Of a stretch of 64,000 nt of DNA, positions 29,973 through 40,125 are shown piece by piece. This stretch comes from an uncultured Phycisphaerales bacterium. GTDB taxonomy: Bacteria; Planctomycetota; Phycisphaerae; Sedimentisphaerales; Anaerobacaceae. Numbering within the stretch: the first letter of the stretch is position 1; the number at the start of each line of letters is the position of its first letter. The notes under the pieces are model-generated. The model searched no databases. It had not been told where the DNA came from and saw nothing but the letters and a program-made list of their open reading frames with translations. The stretch is taken from positions 768,001-832,000 of the forward strand of contig OY970359.1 in NCBI GenBank assembly GCA_963718665.1, written 5' to 3'. The position numbers were made by a program, and so were the translations under genes.

Positions 29973-32519
29973 TCATCGCTGCCACAGTATTTGAGCGGCT
30001 TCCAGAGGAACCGCAACACCATCGTAGTTCGGTATCACCCTCGCTGTATAATCTTTCGCAGGCCGGGTCGCTGATACCGTTACGCTGTAGATGTAACCTC
30101 TGACAGCGCCTACGAGTTGTCGGCCTCGCTTCATTTCCTGCCGTACCGGACTACTGCCATTTATCCCATCCGCATAAAGCTCCACTCGAACCGCATCCGG
30201 GTCGATGTCGTTGAGATAGACCTTAACTTCAAATATATGCTGCTGTCCGTAGGTTTCAACCTTTATTTCGCCGAAACGCATCGCAGCCCATTTTTGTTCG
30301 AGAGTATGCCGCCAATCTACCAGCTTTTTGCCCATCGCACCTTTATCGGAAGCACGCACACGATAGGATGCCGCAGCCGGAAGGTAATGCTGCTCGGTGT
30401 ATTCTCGAACGGTGCGGTTGGCTGAAAAGCGAGGCGTCAACTTCGCCATGCTTTCACGAATACGCGCTACCCATGCTTTAGGAAGCCCCTTCTCATCACG
30501 GTTATAAAACTCGGGAACCAACTCGTGTTCGAGCAGGTTGTAAAGTGCGTTTGCTTCGACAGCATCCCAGGCCGGGTCTTCGCCATGTTCCTGGCCGTCT
30601 CCCAGCGCCCACCCAACTTCCGGCGTGTATGCTTCGGCCCACCAGCCATCCAACTCCGACAGATTGATGCCTCCATTGACAAGCACTTTCATGCCGCTGG
30701 TTCCACTCGCCTCCCAAGGCCTCCGTGGTGTGTTAATCCAGACATCCACCCCCTGCACCAAGTGCCCGGTCAAATGCATATCATAGTCGCTAAGGAATAC
30801 CGCATGCTGGCGCACCTCGGGCCGCCGGATAAAACGCGTCCATTCCTGAATCATTTCCTGCCCTGCCTTGTCCTCCGGATGGGCTTTGCCGGCGATAATG
30901 AGTTGAACAGGACGCTGAGTATCGGTCAACAGGCGAAGTAGTCGCTGCGGATCATGCAGCAGCAGATTCGGTCTCTTGTAGGTCGCGAATCGGCGTGCAA
31001 AACCAAGCGTTAATGCGTTTGGGTCAAATAGATGCTTTGCATTGTCAACCATTTCGGGTGATGCGCCTGACTCAGCCAGTTGCCGAGACAGCCGTTCACG
31101 GGCATATTCAACGAGGGACTTACGGGCCTCAGCACGAAATTGCCAGAGCCTGGCGTCGGAGATGCGGCGAATGTTCTGCTCCATTGTTTCGGTCGTTCCC
31201 AGCCAACGGTCTTTTCCGCAGGCCTCAGTCCAAAGTTCGTCGGCTGCCGCTGAATCCCAGGTCGACGTATGGACCCCGTTGGTAACGGACCCGATGGGCA
31301 CTTCGTCTGCCGGCCAGTGCGGAAAGAGAGGTTCAAATAGGTGCCGGCTGACTTTCCCATGCAAGCGGCTCACGCCATTTACCGCCCCGCTGCCTCTTAT
31401 GGCGAGGTAAGCCATATTGAAATACTCCGACGAGTCGTTAGAGTTTTGCCGTCCAAGAGCGAGCAAATCGTGGATTGGTATATTAAGCCTCTTCCGGGCA
31501 TACCAATCAAGGTATTGCTCGATAAGGGCTGGAGCGAAACGGTCAAAGCCGGCGGCTACCGGTGTGTGCGTGGTGAATAGATTACCAGCTCGCGTGACAG
31601 CCAGTGCTGCTTCAAAAGGTTGGCCTGTATCTTCCATGAAATTTCTTGCGCGTTCCAGCACAGCGAAGGCGGCATGCCCTTCATTGAGGTGGCAGACCTC
31701 GGGCTGGATGCCAAGCGCACGGAGCAGCCGCCATCCTCCAATCCCGAGTATTAGTTCTTGTTTAAGTCGCAACTCCGACCCACCACCGTAAAGCTCGCTT
31801 GTAATTCCTCTATGAGCTGGAAAGTTCGCAGCGTCATTGGTGTCCAGCAGGTAAAGTTTAACTCTGCCGACCTGGACCTGCCAGGCGCGCAGCCACACCG
31901 AATAACCGGGAAGCACAACTTCCAGCCGCAACCACTCCCCGTTCGGTCTTCGCAGAGGCGTGATTGGCAATTGCCCCGGGTCGTTGTATGGAAACAGGGC
32001 TTGTTGTGCTCCATCCTTATCAATCACCTGGCGAAAATAGCCCTGCTGGTATAGCAGCCCCACGCCGACCACCGGCACACCCAAATCGCTGGCGGCTTTG
32101 AGCTGGTCGCCTGCCACATTACCAAGCCCGCCCGAATATATGGGCAGGGCCTCGCTCAGCATAAATTCCATACAGAAATAAACGACACAGGTCAAAGGAG
32201 CTTTTGGATAACTTTGTTGAAACCACGCAGGCGCTGCCGACTTGCGGCCCTTGAGTTCCAAAAGCTCATCCACTTCCCTGCGAAATCCGGTGTTAGCCAA
32301 TAAGTTTTTAAGTTTTTCACGTGAAACCGTCTGCAAAACGACCCATGGATTTGATGTCAGTTCCCACAATTCCGGGTCGAGCTGTCTCCAGACTTTGTCC
32401 CCATAATGGCTCCACGACCATCGCATATCCAGAGCAAGCTCAGCCAGAGAATCGAACCCTTCGACTTCCACAGGCATAAAAGAGTATATTGGATTGCCGA
32501 CATGTGTTTGCTTGTACAT
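29973..32519 (-). CDS. glgP: Alpha-glucan phosphorylase
   Basis: 'YSGGLG', 'HLNEGH', 'FARRFATYKR', 'EASGTSGMK'. Confidence 0.95.
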   Translation of the reverse strand: MYKQTHVGNPIYSFMPVEVEGFDSLAELALDMRWSWSHYGDKVWRQLDPELWELTSNPWVVLQTVSREKLKNLLANTGFRREVDELLELKGRKSAAPAWFQQSYPKAPLTCVVYFCMEFMLSEALPIYSGGLGNVAGDQLKAASDLGVPVVGVGLLYQQGYFRQVIDKDGAQQALFPYNDPGQLPITPLRRPNGEWLRLEVVLPGYSVWLRAWQVQVGRVKLYLLDTNDAANFPAHRGITSELYGGGSELRLKQELILGIGGWRLLRALGIQPEVCHLNEGHAAFAVLERARNFMEDTGQPFEAALAVTRAGNLFTTHTPVAAGFDRFAPALIEQYLDWYARKRLNIPIHDLLALGRQNSNDSSEYFNMAYLAIRGSGAVNGVSRLHGKVSRHLFEPLFPHWPADEVPIGSVTNGVHTSTWDSAAADELWTEACGKDRWLGTTETMEQNIRRISDARLWQFRAEARKSLVEYARERLSRQLAESGASPEMVDNAKHLFDPNALTLGFARRFATYKRPNLLLHDPQRLLRLLTDTQRPVQLIIAGKAHPEDKAGQEMIQEWTRFIRRPEVRQHAVFLSDYDMHLTGHLVQGVDVWINTPRRPWEASGTSGMKVLVNGGINLSELDGWWAEAYTPEVGWALGDGQEHGEDPAWDAVEANALYNLLEHELVPEFYNRDEKGLPKAWVARIRESMAKLTPRFSANRTVREYTEQHYLPAAASYRVRASDKGAMGKKLVDWRHTLEQKWAAMRFGEIKVETYGQQHIFEVKVYLNDIDPDAVRVELYADGINGSSPVRQEMKRGRQLVGAVRGYIYSVTVSATRPAKDYTARVIPNYDGVAVPLEAAQILWQR

Positions 32520-32609
32520 TGTCACTCCTTAAGATTTTTCCTTAACGGAAACTCCAACCGCATCACCGACGATCCCGTTACAGAATCGGTTTCAAAGAGG
32601 CGCAATTGC

Positions 32610-32722
32610 AGGAATTATAGCGCAAAACCGAAGGGAAGTCGACCAATTTCAGCAAAACAAGCTGCTTGTAAGGTCAGCTTTCCCAAAAACTTAGCATCGG
32701 ATGCGTTTTTTTATAGTACAGG
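32610..32722 (+). repeat. Array repeat copy 3 (right ~60%)
   Basis: AGGAATTATAGCGC..GTCGACCAATTTCAGC..CGGATGCGTTTTTTTATAGTAC. Confidence 0.85.
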
Positions 32723-32739
32723 TTGGCTCTTTTTTGTGC

Positions 32740-33159
32740 TCACCCTCTATTGGAACTTTGTGGCTGTAAGCACTTTTTTGTAAGCCAAAAAACGCTTTCC
32801 CATATTACCAATGCAACAATGGTAGCGCCCGTATCGATAAGCCATTCTGAGAAACTTGTCGAGCGACCAAAAAACTGCTGCGTGTATTCATCTATAGCAC
32901 CATAAATCGTCATAATCAGCAGCACCACCACGATGCGGCGTAGTGAGCTGAAATTGAATGCTGCTAAAGTTAAGATGAACCAACTGCTCAATCCCAAAAA
33001 GCCCAATACGTGCAGAGCAAAATGTCCCAAGTCACGAATCTCTCTTGGAATTGTGTTATATGGAACATGGGTAGCAGTGAATGCTCCTATCCACATAAGA
33101 ATGAAAATGACCAAGATTAGTTTTCGATGACGATATAGCAGTTGATTATTACTGTGCAT
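32740..33159 (-). CDS. VanZ-family membrane protein
   Basis: 'ATHVP', 'YGAIDEYTQQFFGRS..D'. Confidence 0.8.
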   Translation of the reverse strand: MHSNNQLLYRHRKLILVIFILMWIGAFTATHVPYNTIPREIRDLGHFALHVLGFLGLSSWFILTLAAFNFSSLRRIVVVLLIMTIYGAIDEYTQQFFGRSTSFSEWLIDTGATIVALVIWESVFWLTKKCLQPQSSNRG

Positions 33160-33184
33160 TTATGGTTACTTTCTTAGGACTCAT

Positions 33185-33356
33185 CCCATTCATCAGGCCG
33201 CCCTCCTGTATGACTTTAAAAGTCCATCAATACGTTTCTGACAAATGAATTATACTGCATAACTACTGGAAGTCGACCAATTTCAGCAAAGTAAGCCGCT
33301 TGAAGGATAAGCTTTCCCATAAACTTAGCGTCGGATGAGTTTTTTTATAGTACGCG
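33185..33356 (+). mobile_element. Array repeat copy 4 (lacks left TIR)
   Basis: CATCAGGCCGCCCTCCTGTATGAC...CGGATGAGTTTTTTTATAGTACGCG. Confidence 0.88.
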
Positions 33357-33388
33357 GTACAGGACTTGAACCTGTGACATCCTGCGTG
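33354..33388 (-). pseudogene. tRNA 3'-half remnant (Val-like), att-like
   Basis: Reverse complement CACGCAGGATGTCACAGGTTCAAGTCCTGTACCGC has a full T-arm. Confidence 0.65.
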
Positions 33389-33400
33389 CGGGGCAAATGG

Positions 33401-33900
33401 TTACGCGTTTGTTGTGAAGATATCGCGGGCGATATCCTCGCCTGCGTTGCTGGCATAGTAATGCTCAACTGCTTTCTGGCCTTTGCTTTCGAACATTTTT
33501 GCTGAAGAAAATGCGCCGTTTTTCATCAAAATGGCGATGACTATGCACGCGGCAACGCTGGCGAATGAATTTTTGTACTTGGCGCATCTTTCGATAATGT
33601 TCAGGTCGGGTCGGATATTTCGGAGATATTCGGCTTTAGCAGTTGTTCGCAGGCAGTGTTTGAGCACACCGATTGCCTGTGTATTGGCTCGCATCAGCAG
33701 ATTGAGATTGTGCGGCTGGGATTTTAACAGCGATATTGCAAGCTCAACCTTGCCGAGACGCGCCAATCGTCGCTGGCAACGCGGGCAGTCGGCAATATGA
33801 TTTTGTATCCAGTGTCGGTCAGGACTGAAACTGTTGGCCATCAGCCGAATGCCCGGTCTCTAAGTTGTCTGCAGTAATTTTTCCCCTTCGAGGCCCACAT
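33401..33900 (-). CDS. Zinc-binding anti-sigma factor-like protein (probable 1-nt frameshift near 33845)
   Basis: HxxxCxxC ('HIADCPRC'), one TM helix, follows ECF sigma; upstream ATG at 33900 is in another frame. Confidence 0.65.
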
Positions 33901-33904
33901 ATAA

Positions 33905-34465
33905 TTACCTTGTTTCCTTTCTCATCTGCGCAGCCAGAAGCTGCACTGCTTTGCATCTGTAAACCCTCGCGGTCGCGGCCGTGATTCCCATAATCTTTGC
34001 GACCTGCTCATAGGGCAAGTCTCCGAGGTCGTGCAGAGTTACGACATCACGAAAATGATCTGGCAGCTCCGCGATACCCGCTCTTAATGTCTCGGTTAGA
34101 TATCGTGTATCAAGCTCACTGGCGGGAGAATTAGTATTGTTCTGTGTGGTTATCACCGGCGGGGGATTATTCTTTTCTACAAGTTTATGTCTCAGGATTG
34201 ATATGGCTATGTTGCTTGCCGAACGAAAGACATACGCCTTTACATGTTCGGGTTTGCATCCGTGCTCGTGATGCGCTAGTTTCAGAAACGTATCCTGATA
34301 AGCATCGCAAACGTCCTGTTCGTTGCCGAGTATTCGCCACAGCATATTAACCAGCCCCCGGCCGTGCTGCTGCATAGCGCAGAGAACCCAACCCTGCGTT
34401 CTTTCCAACGTCGCCGGGATTGGAACATCCCACAACAATTCGATGCTGACAGCCCTGCCAGTCAT
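33905..34465 (-). CDS. ECF RNA polymerase sigma factor
   Basis: 'DAYQDTFLK' region 2, 'LPDHFRDVVTLH..YEQVAKIMG' region 4. Confidence 0.9.
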   Translation of the reverse strand: MTGRAVSIELLWDVPIPATLERTQGWVLCAMQQHGRGLVNMLWRILGNEQDVCDAYQDTFLKLAHHEHGCKPEHVKAYVFRSASNIAISILRHKLVEKNNPPPVITTQNNTNSPASELDTRYLTETLRAGIAELPDHFRDVVTLHDLGDLPYEQVAKIMGITAATARVYRCKAVQLLAAQMRKETR

Positions 34466-34636
34466 AATTTCTCCGATTATTAAGACGCGCTGCCTGATAT
34501 TATGTTAACACCAATTCAATGCCAAATGGTTAAAAATCTCATTTTTTCTGAATAACATTTGGCCCTGCCGGCGCGTCTGAATCTACAGGAGGGCGGAGAG
34601 AAAAAGCGGTAATACGTTTGTTAGGAGTACAGGGAA

Positions 34637-35812
34637 ATGGCTTTAACTCTTTATAAAGACAAGTCTTACGAGCGAAAACCGCAAGCGGGTGACGTTGTCG
34701 CACTTGTGGATGAACTGCTCACAAAAGCCGTGGATATAGGCGCCAGCGACATTCATTTTGAGCCGACCGGGTCTGAACTGGTGGTAAAATTTCGACTTGA
34801 CGGGGTGCTGAACACGGTCGAATCTTTGCCAAAAGCTGTTTCAGACAACGTAATTTCACGCCTGAAGGTTCTGGGCGGGCTTCTGACGTATCGCAATGAT
34901 GTGCCCCAGGAAGGACGGATGGAAATCAACAATGGTCACGGAAATATTGTTGACCGTCGGCTCTCGGTATTTCCGACAATATACGGCCAAAGATGTGTGG
35001 TGAGAATTTTCTACCAGAACGTTCAGTTGACAGACCTCGGACAACTTGGATTCGCACCGGAGATATATGCTGCGTTGAAGCAAATCACCTATGCTAATCA
35101 GGGTGTTCTGCTGGTGACTGGACCGGCAGGCAGCGGCAAAAGCACCACCTTAGGTGCGGTTCTGCGACATATCCAGGAACAATTTCCGGGTAAAAGCATC
35201 GTCACTCTGGAAGACCCCGTGGAAATTCGACTCGATGGCGTTACCCAAGTTCAAATCACGCCTTTTGGTCCGATGACTTTCCCGACGGCTCTGCGTTCAC
35301 TTCTTCGCCAGGACCCCCAGGTCCTGATGATAGGCGAGATTCGGGATGCTGAAACAGCGAAGATAGCAATTGAAGCGGGCCTTACGGGGCATCTGCTGAT
35401 GAGCACAATGCACAGCGGCTCAGCCGCGTCGGCGATTCTACGCCTTCTGGAGATGGGTATCGAGCCATACCAGGTGACATCAAGTATATCGGCTGTTCTG
35501 AATCAGCAGCTTGTCCGCCGACTATGCGACAAATGCAAAAAACAAACAGCTTCCGGCGATTGCGAACCAGTCGGATGTGATGATTGTTTTGGAACTGGAT
35601 TTCGGGGCAGGATGTTGATTGCCGAGCTTGTCCGGCTTGACAGCCAGTTGCGAAAAGCGATTCTCGCCAAGACCGATACTGATGAAATTGAGAAAGTCCT
35701 GACTAATAAAGGGCACACTGGTATGGTTGAAGACGGCAGGCGATTGGTTGCTGACGGCCTGACCACGCAGGATGAGCTTGATAAAGTATGCGGCTCAGCA
35801 GGGGATATTTGA
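34637..35812 (+). CDS. GspE/PilB-family assembly ATPase
   Basis: 'ASDIHFEP', Walker A GPAGSGKS, 'LEDPVE', 'LRQDPQVLMIGEIRD', 'TGHL'. Confidence 0.93.
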   Translation: MALTLYKDKSYERKPQAGDVVALVDELLTKAVDIGASDIHFEPTGSELVVKFRLDGVLNTVESLPKAVSDNVISRLKVLGGLLTYRNDVPQEGRMEINNGHGNIVDRRLSVFPTIYGQRCVVRIFYQNVQLTDLGQLGFAPEIYAALKQITYANQGVLLVTGPAGSGKSTTLGAVLRHIQEQFPGKSIVTLEDPVEIRLDGVTQVQITPFGPMTFPTALRSLLRQDPQVLMIGEIRDAETAKIAIEAGLTGHLLMSTMHSGSAASAILRLLEMGIEPYQVTSSISAVLNQQLVRRLCDKCKKQTASGDCEPVGCDDCFGTGFRGRMLIAELVRLDSQLRKAILAKTDTDEIEKVLTNKGHTGMVEDGRRLVADGLTTQDELDKVCGSAGDI

Positions 35813-35841
35813 CAGGTAAATAATAATACGGGAGATTCAGG

Positions 35842-37047
35842 ATGGCGACTTTTGAATATAGTGCGATGACGGCTTCTGACCGGCTGATGAAAGGTATTAT
35901 CGAAGCCGGGTCGGTGCAGGAAGCATCTGAATTGCTTGAGCAGATGCGGCTCAAAGTCAATTCGCTCGAAAAAGCCAAATCCGAAAGGCCTAAAACGCCT
36001 ATTGCCAGGACAGAGTTTCTGCTTTTCAATCAGCAGCTTGCCTCGCTTACCAAAGCCGGGATTCCTTTGGAACAAGGGCTGAGAGAGCTGTCGAAGGACG
36101 TGGCTTCGAAGCCGATGCGCAAGCTGATAGATTCGATTGCCCTGGACCTCGAAGCGGGGATGAGCATTGAGCGGGCATTTGAGAAAAGGAAAGAGCATTT
36201 CCCGCCGCTCTATGGCCGGATACTCAAGGCCGGCGTCGAGACAGGCCGGCTCAGCGAAATGCTGACGAGCTTAAACAGACACATTGAGGTTTCCAGCCAG
36301 ACAAGACGGATAGTATTCGAAGCGATGGCCTATCCGGCGGTCGTTTTTGTTATGGGTTCCCTTATTACGACTTTTTTGCTGCTGTTTATAGTTCCAAAGT
36401 TCAAGAATATTTTACAGGAAATGCTGGAAGGGCAAGGACTGCCTCTGCTGACGCAGTTCGCTTTATCTATGTCGGATCACATTTTATATTTCTGGCTGGT
36501 AATCGGCTGTCTGGTTGTTGCGATTTTGGGAATCAATGCGATTCTCCGGTCGTTCCCGGAGGGACGACGAATCAGGGAAGCTATATTTTTACGCATACCC
36601 GCGTTCGGACCTTTATATCACAGCACCATATTGAGCAAGATGGCCGAGGCAATGGCGATGATGGTCGCGGCCGGCTGTGATATGCCAACGTGCCTGCGGC
36701 TTGGGCCTGACGCGGCGAGCAGTGAAACACTGATAAGGGAGGGGAACATGATTGCCGGGCAGATTGAAAAAGGAGCCGGCATTCTCGACGCCGGGCAATT
36801 TTGCCGGGTTATGCCCCGGTTCTTTCTTTATTCGATTCAACTGGGTTCGCAGCGAAATGAGCTGGAAGACAACCTGCGAAGCTTAGGCGATATGTATGCC
36901 CAGCAGGTTCGCAGTGCCCAGACCCGCCTGCAGGGGCTATTGTTGCCCGTTATGATTATCTTTGTGGGCTTTTTCATAATGCTGTGCATTCTTGCGATGT
37001 TTCTGCCAATGATAAAGATAATTTCAACTCTTAATGTTGGCGGTTAA
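35842..37047 (+). CDS. GspF/PilC-family platform protein
   Basis: 'QLASLTKAGIPL', 'AMAYP', 'AMFLP'. Confidence 0.9.
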   Translation: MATFEYSAMTASDRLMKGIIEAGSVQEASELLEQMRLKVNSLEKAKSERPKTPIARTEFLLFNQQLASLTKAGIPLEQGLRELSKDVASKPMRKLIDSIALDLEAGMSIERAFEKRKEHFPPLYGRILKAGVETGRLSEMLTSLNRHIEVSSQTRRIVFEAMAYPAVVFVMGSLITTFLLLFIVPKFKNILQEMLEGQGLPLLTQFALSMSDHILYFWLVIGCLVVAILGINAILRSFPEGRRIREAIFLRIPAFGPLYHSTILSKMAEAMAMMVAAGCDMPTCLRLGPDAASSETLIREGNMIAGQIEKGAGILDAGQFCRVMPRFFLYSIQLGSQRNELEDNLRSLGDMYAQQVRSAQTRLQGLLLPVMIIFVGFFIMLCILAMFLPMIKIISTLNVGG

Positions 37048-37055
37048 GGATTTTT

Positions 37056-38507
37056 ATGCTGGTTGCTTTGGCAATTATGCTGTTGATTGTTTTGGTAATT
37101 CTTGCTTTTTACAAGCCGTGGATGGGGTTTGTCGCCGGCATTGTGCTTAGTATATGTATGGCGATGTACGGCATCGCGTTTGAATTAGTGGAGATATTTG
37201 CAGCTGCACTTTTCATTTTTTTTGCTACGCTGTTGATAACTGCTTTTGGCCCCAGCAGGGAGGGCTCCCGATGGGCCAGAATCTGGGCAAGGAGGATTCT
37301 GACGGCCTTTTTCCTGATTCTGTTTACGGTCGCTGCCTTTGCATTTTTTGGTACATGGGGCGGAATTGGACTGGTTTTTGTTGAGTTGTTTATTGGGGCG
37401 GTAATCGGCGCGTTCACAACATCAGAATTCGCCAGGTCTTCTTACGTAATAACCACGATTGGTGCGAGCATGAGGCAGAATCTTCCGTTGCCTATGGCGC
37501 TGGAAATGGCTGCGGTTGGTCAGGATGAAAAACGAGCAGATATACTTAGAAATATAAAGAAGTGGCTTGTTGAAGGATACTCTTTGAGCGAATCGTTCAG
37601 GCGCGGATATCCTAAATGTCCCGGCTATATCGTGTCGATGGTAGCTGCCGGCGAACGAATCGGACAGATACCGCAGGCGATTGACGCCCTCGAGCAGGAT
37701 TTGGTCTCAAAGGCAAACACCAGCAAAAAAGTCAGGCACGTTCCTTTATTATATCCGCCGTTAGTGCTGTTTGTTATTTTTATACAGGTATTACTGGTGA
37801 TGGTGTTTGTTTTACCTAAAGTGAGGGCGGTACTGGCAGAAATGAGCAATGGCATGCAATTACCTGCGGCAACAAGGTTGTTAATGGCTATTTCAGAATA
37901 TTTTACGAAAGGCAGCGGCTCAGGGCTTATCCTTGTATTGGCCTTGCTGGTTTTGGTCTGTGGTACAGTTTATATTCGCGTCAGGTCAAGACCGCGCCGG
38001 GCTGAAAAACCGTATTTGATTTCCCGCGCAGGTGATTTTTTAAAGTGGCATCTGCCTTTTATCCGGTGGTATGAGTGGTGCTGCGCGATGCAGCGGATAG
38101 CCGGTATGCTTCGGCTTTCGCTTAATGCCGGCTGCACGGTCAACGAGGCGATAGCCAATGCACTCCGGCTGGACATAAACGAATGCTTCAGGAGAGAAGT
38201 TAAAAACTGGCTGGCAAGGGTTGAACGCGGAGACGATATAGGGTTGTCGGCCCGGCAGTGCGGTATGGGAAGCGCGATGGCATGGGCTTTTGCCGATGTG
38301 CATAACCATCGAAATACTCTCGATATTCTCGAAACGCTTGAAACATCGTATCGCTGGGGTTATAGCCGGCTGGCCACATTAGCAAGGTTCATAATTGGTC
38401 CGTGTGAAACAATTTGCCTTGGGCTGATGGTCGGATTTATTGTTTATGCCATATTCTCTCCTATTATAACGATTATATACGCGACAGCAAGTTCGATGAC
38501 ACCTTGA
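37056..38507 (+). CDS. Second GspF/PilC-family protein with extra N-terminal TMs
   Basis: 'EGYSLSES', 'MVAAGERIG', 'AIFSP'. Confidence 0.85.
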   Translation: MLVALAIMLLIVLVILAFYKPWMGFVAGIVLSICMAMYGIAFELVEIFAAALFIFFATLLITAFGPSREGSRWARIWARRILTAFFLILFTVAAFAFFGTWGGIGLVFVELFIGAVIGAFTTSEFARSSYVITTIGASMRQNLPLPMALEMAAVGQDEKRADILRNIKKWLVEGYSLSESFRRGYPKCPGYIVSMVAAGERIGQIPQAIDALEQDLVSKANTSKKVRHVPLLYPPLVLFVIFIQVLLVMVFVLPKVRAVLAEMSNGMQLPAATRLLMAISEYFTKGSGSGLILVLALLVLVCGTVYIRVRSRPRRAEKPYLISRAGDFLKWHLPFIRWYEWCCAMQRIAGMLRLSLNAGCTVNEAIANALRLDINECFRREVKNWLARVERGDDIGLSARQCGMGSAMAWAFADVHNHRNTLDILETLETSYRWGYSRLATLARFIIGPCETICLGLMVGFIVYAIFSPIITIIYATASSMTP

Positions 38508-38529
38508 TTTGGATGAAAGACGGGAAATA

Positions 38530-38949
38530 ATGAGAACTGAACGAACCAGATATCGCGGCCTGATGATGACCGAATTGATTGTTTCTTTAGCCGTTCTCGG
38601 GATGATTATGGTTGCCTTCGCGATATCGCTTGATGGTTTCAGGCGACTAAACCACTATCATTTTACAAAACAACGCTGTGTGTCCGCAGCGCAGGCAACA
38701 CTCGACAGCATTGCTGTTACAGGCAAGGCGATTGACGAAGCTGACGTGAACCGATTATGGCCGGGTGTCATTGTTAAAATTGAAGAATCAGAAGGAACGG
38801 ACCAATGGAAAGGATTAAAGCTTATTAGCGTCTCAGCCAAAGGAACTACGAGAAATAAAAAGGTTGAGGTCCGCTTATCGAGATATTTTTTGACTAACAG
38901 TATCGCGATAAGCAAAGCAGGCGATATGCCTGTTTTGCGGGAGCATTAA
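38530..38949 (+). CDS. Type IV (pseudo)pilin
   Basis: Prepilin-like 'RG|LMMTELIVSLAVL'. Confidence 0.75.
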   Translation: MRTERTRYRGLMMTELIVSLAVLGMIMVAFAISLDGFRRLNHYHFTKQRCVSAAQATLDSIAVTGKAIDEADVNRLWPGVIVKIEESEGTDQWKGLKLISVSAKGTTRNKKVEVRLSRYFLTNSIAISKAGDMPVLREH

Positions 38950-38950
38950 G

Positions 38951-39460
38951 ATGCGCAAGGGTTATTTTCTTGTCGAAATGGTGGTTGTCCTTTCCATTAT
39001 GGCAATGGTCATGGCGGCGCTGGATCGTTTTTTTGGAACGCTTATATATGATTTGCCCAGGGACTCCCGCCTCATTCAGGAAAACACCTCTCTTAACAAT
39101 GTGATAAGTCATATACGGGCTGATGTCGTTTCAGCAAAAACCTTGTCGGAGTCCGTCAATGGCCCTAACGAACCTAATACGCTGTTGATGAAAATGTCGG
39201 ATGGTGTGATTTCTTATAAGTTCAGCAATGGTCGCGTTTTTCGCAGTTTTGTCGGTGGCGCCACGGGTGCAGCAAGCGGAAATATGGCGTGGTCGGTTCC
39301 CCACGGCCAAATTGAGTGGCGGGTCTGGAACAAAAACAAAACGGGTTGCGCGGTTGAGATAAGCACCTGTATCGAGGATAAAAATTTTGGCCATATACGG
39401 AAAAAGATGGCTAACAACAATTTATTTTTTGCCGGCGCATTATTGGAAGCTGCCAAATGA
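38951..39460 (+). CDS. Type IV (pseudo)pilin
   Basis: 'KG|YFLVEMVVV'. Confidence 0.8.
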   Translation: MRKGYFLVEMVVVLSIMAMVMAALDRFFGTLIYDLPRDSRLIQENTSLNNVISHIRADVVSAKTLSESVNGPNEPNTLLMKMSDGVISYKFSNGRVFRSFVGGATGAASGNMAWSVPHGQIEWRVWNKNKTGCAVEISTCIEDKNFGHIRKKMANNNLFFAGALLEAAK

Positions 39461-39843
39461 ACGCCAGAAAATCGAGACATAGCGGTTTCGTTATGCTTAT
39501 TGTCATCGCTATTCTCGCACTGATTGGGATATATATGATTGTTCTGGCCTCCGATGCGAACATCTTAGGTTTTCAGGCCGACCAGGCGTACCTTGAGGCG
39601 TGCCAGCAGAATCTTACCGCAAGCGGGTTGGCCTGGGCGAAGAAAAATGCTAATACCTCAATGACCACAGCTGCCGCTGTTGAATTGGATACTGCGGATA
39701 TGGGGATTAAGAAAGCGGCCTTGAGTGTCAAGCTGTCTGTCGGAGAAAAGGGCAAATCGCAAGTCGAAATAAAAACATCCTGCAGCAAAGCCAGACAACG
39801 GCTCCGTTCTGTTAAGAAACTTGCCATTGAAACCCGGCCATAA
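39457..39843 (+). CDS. PilX/GspK-like minor pilin
   Basis: 'SG|FVMLIVI' without E5; 'ASGLAWA'. Confidence 0.65.
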   Translation: MNARKSRHSGFVMLIVIAILALIGIYMIVLASDANILGFQADQAYLEACQQNLTASGLAWAKKNANTSMTTAAAVELDTADMGIKKAALSVKLSVGEKGKSQVEIKTSCSKARQRLRSVKKLAIETRP

Positions 39844-39853
39844 TGCGGGAAAC

Positions 39854-39896
39854 TGGGCGGTACAGAACTCGAAACTGTAGCATCCTGCGTATAAGG
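39854..39896 (-). pseudogene. Degenerate tRNA-Val-like 3'-half remnant
   Basis: Reverse complement CCTTATACGCAGGATGCTACAGTTTCGAGTTCTGTACCGCCCA; similar to the 33354 remnant. Confidence 0.55.
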
Positions 39897-39944
39897 CGAG
39901 ATGTTCCAAAAACTTAGAATCGGGCGAGTTTTTTATAGTACGCG
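39890..39944 (+). repeat. Array repeat copy 5 (right end)
   Basis: TATAAGGCGAGATGTTCCAAAAACTTAGAATCGGGCGAGTTTTTTATAGTACGCG. Confidence 0.75.
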
Positions 39945-40125
39945 TTCAAAGTATTGGTAATTTGCAAGAAAATTCGCTTACTTGTTACTTTTTTAGTTGA
40001 AAAATCCTTAAAAAGCAGTCATAAAGTTTGAATTGTAATGGCAAATTAAGTACTCTATTGGAAATGAAGTTTGGCGGCGTAGCTGAAGAGATATAAATAA
40101 GTAATCCCAAATTAGGAAGGATACT

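Noticed and set aside
26264..32054. Many long plus-strand ORFs opposite xfp, ackA and glgP
   Set aside because: Antisense shadows of GC-rich genes; no recognisable motifs.
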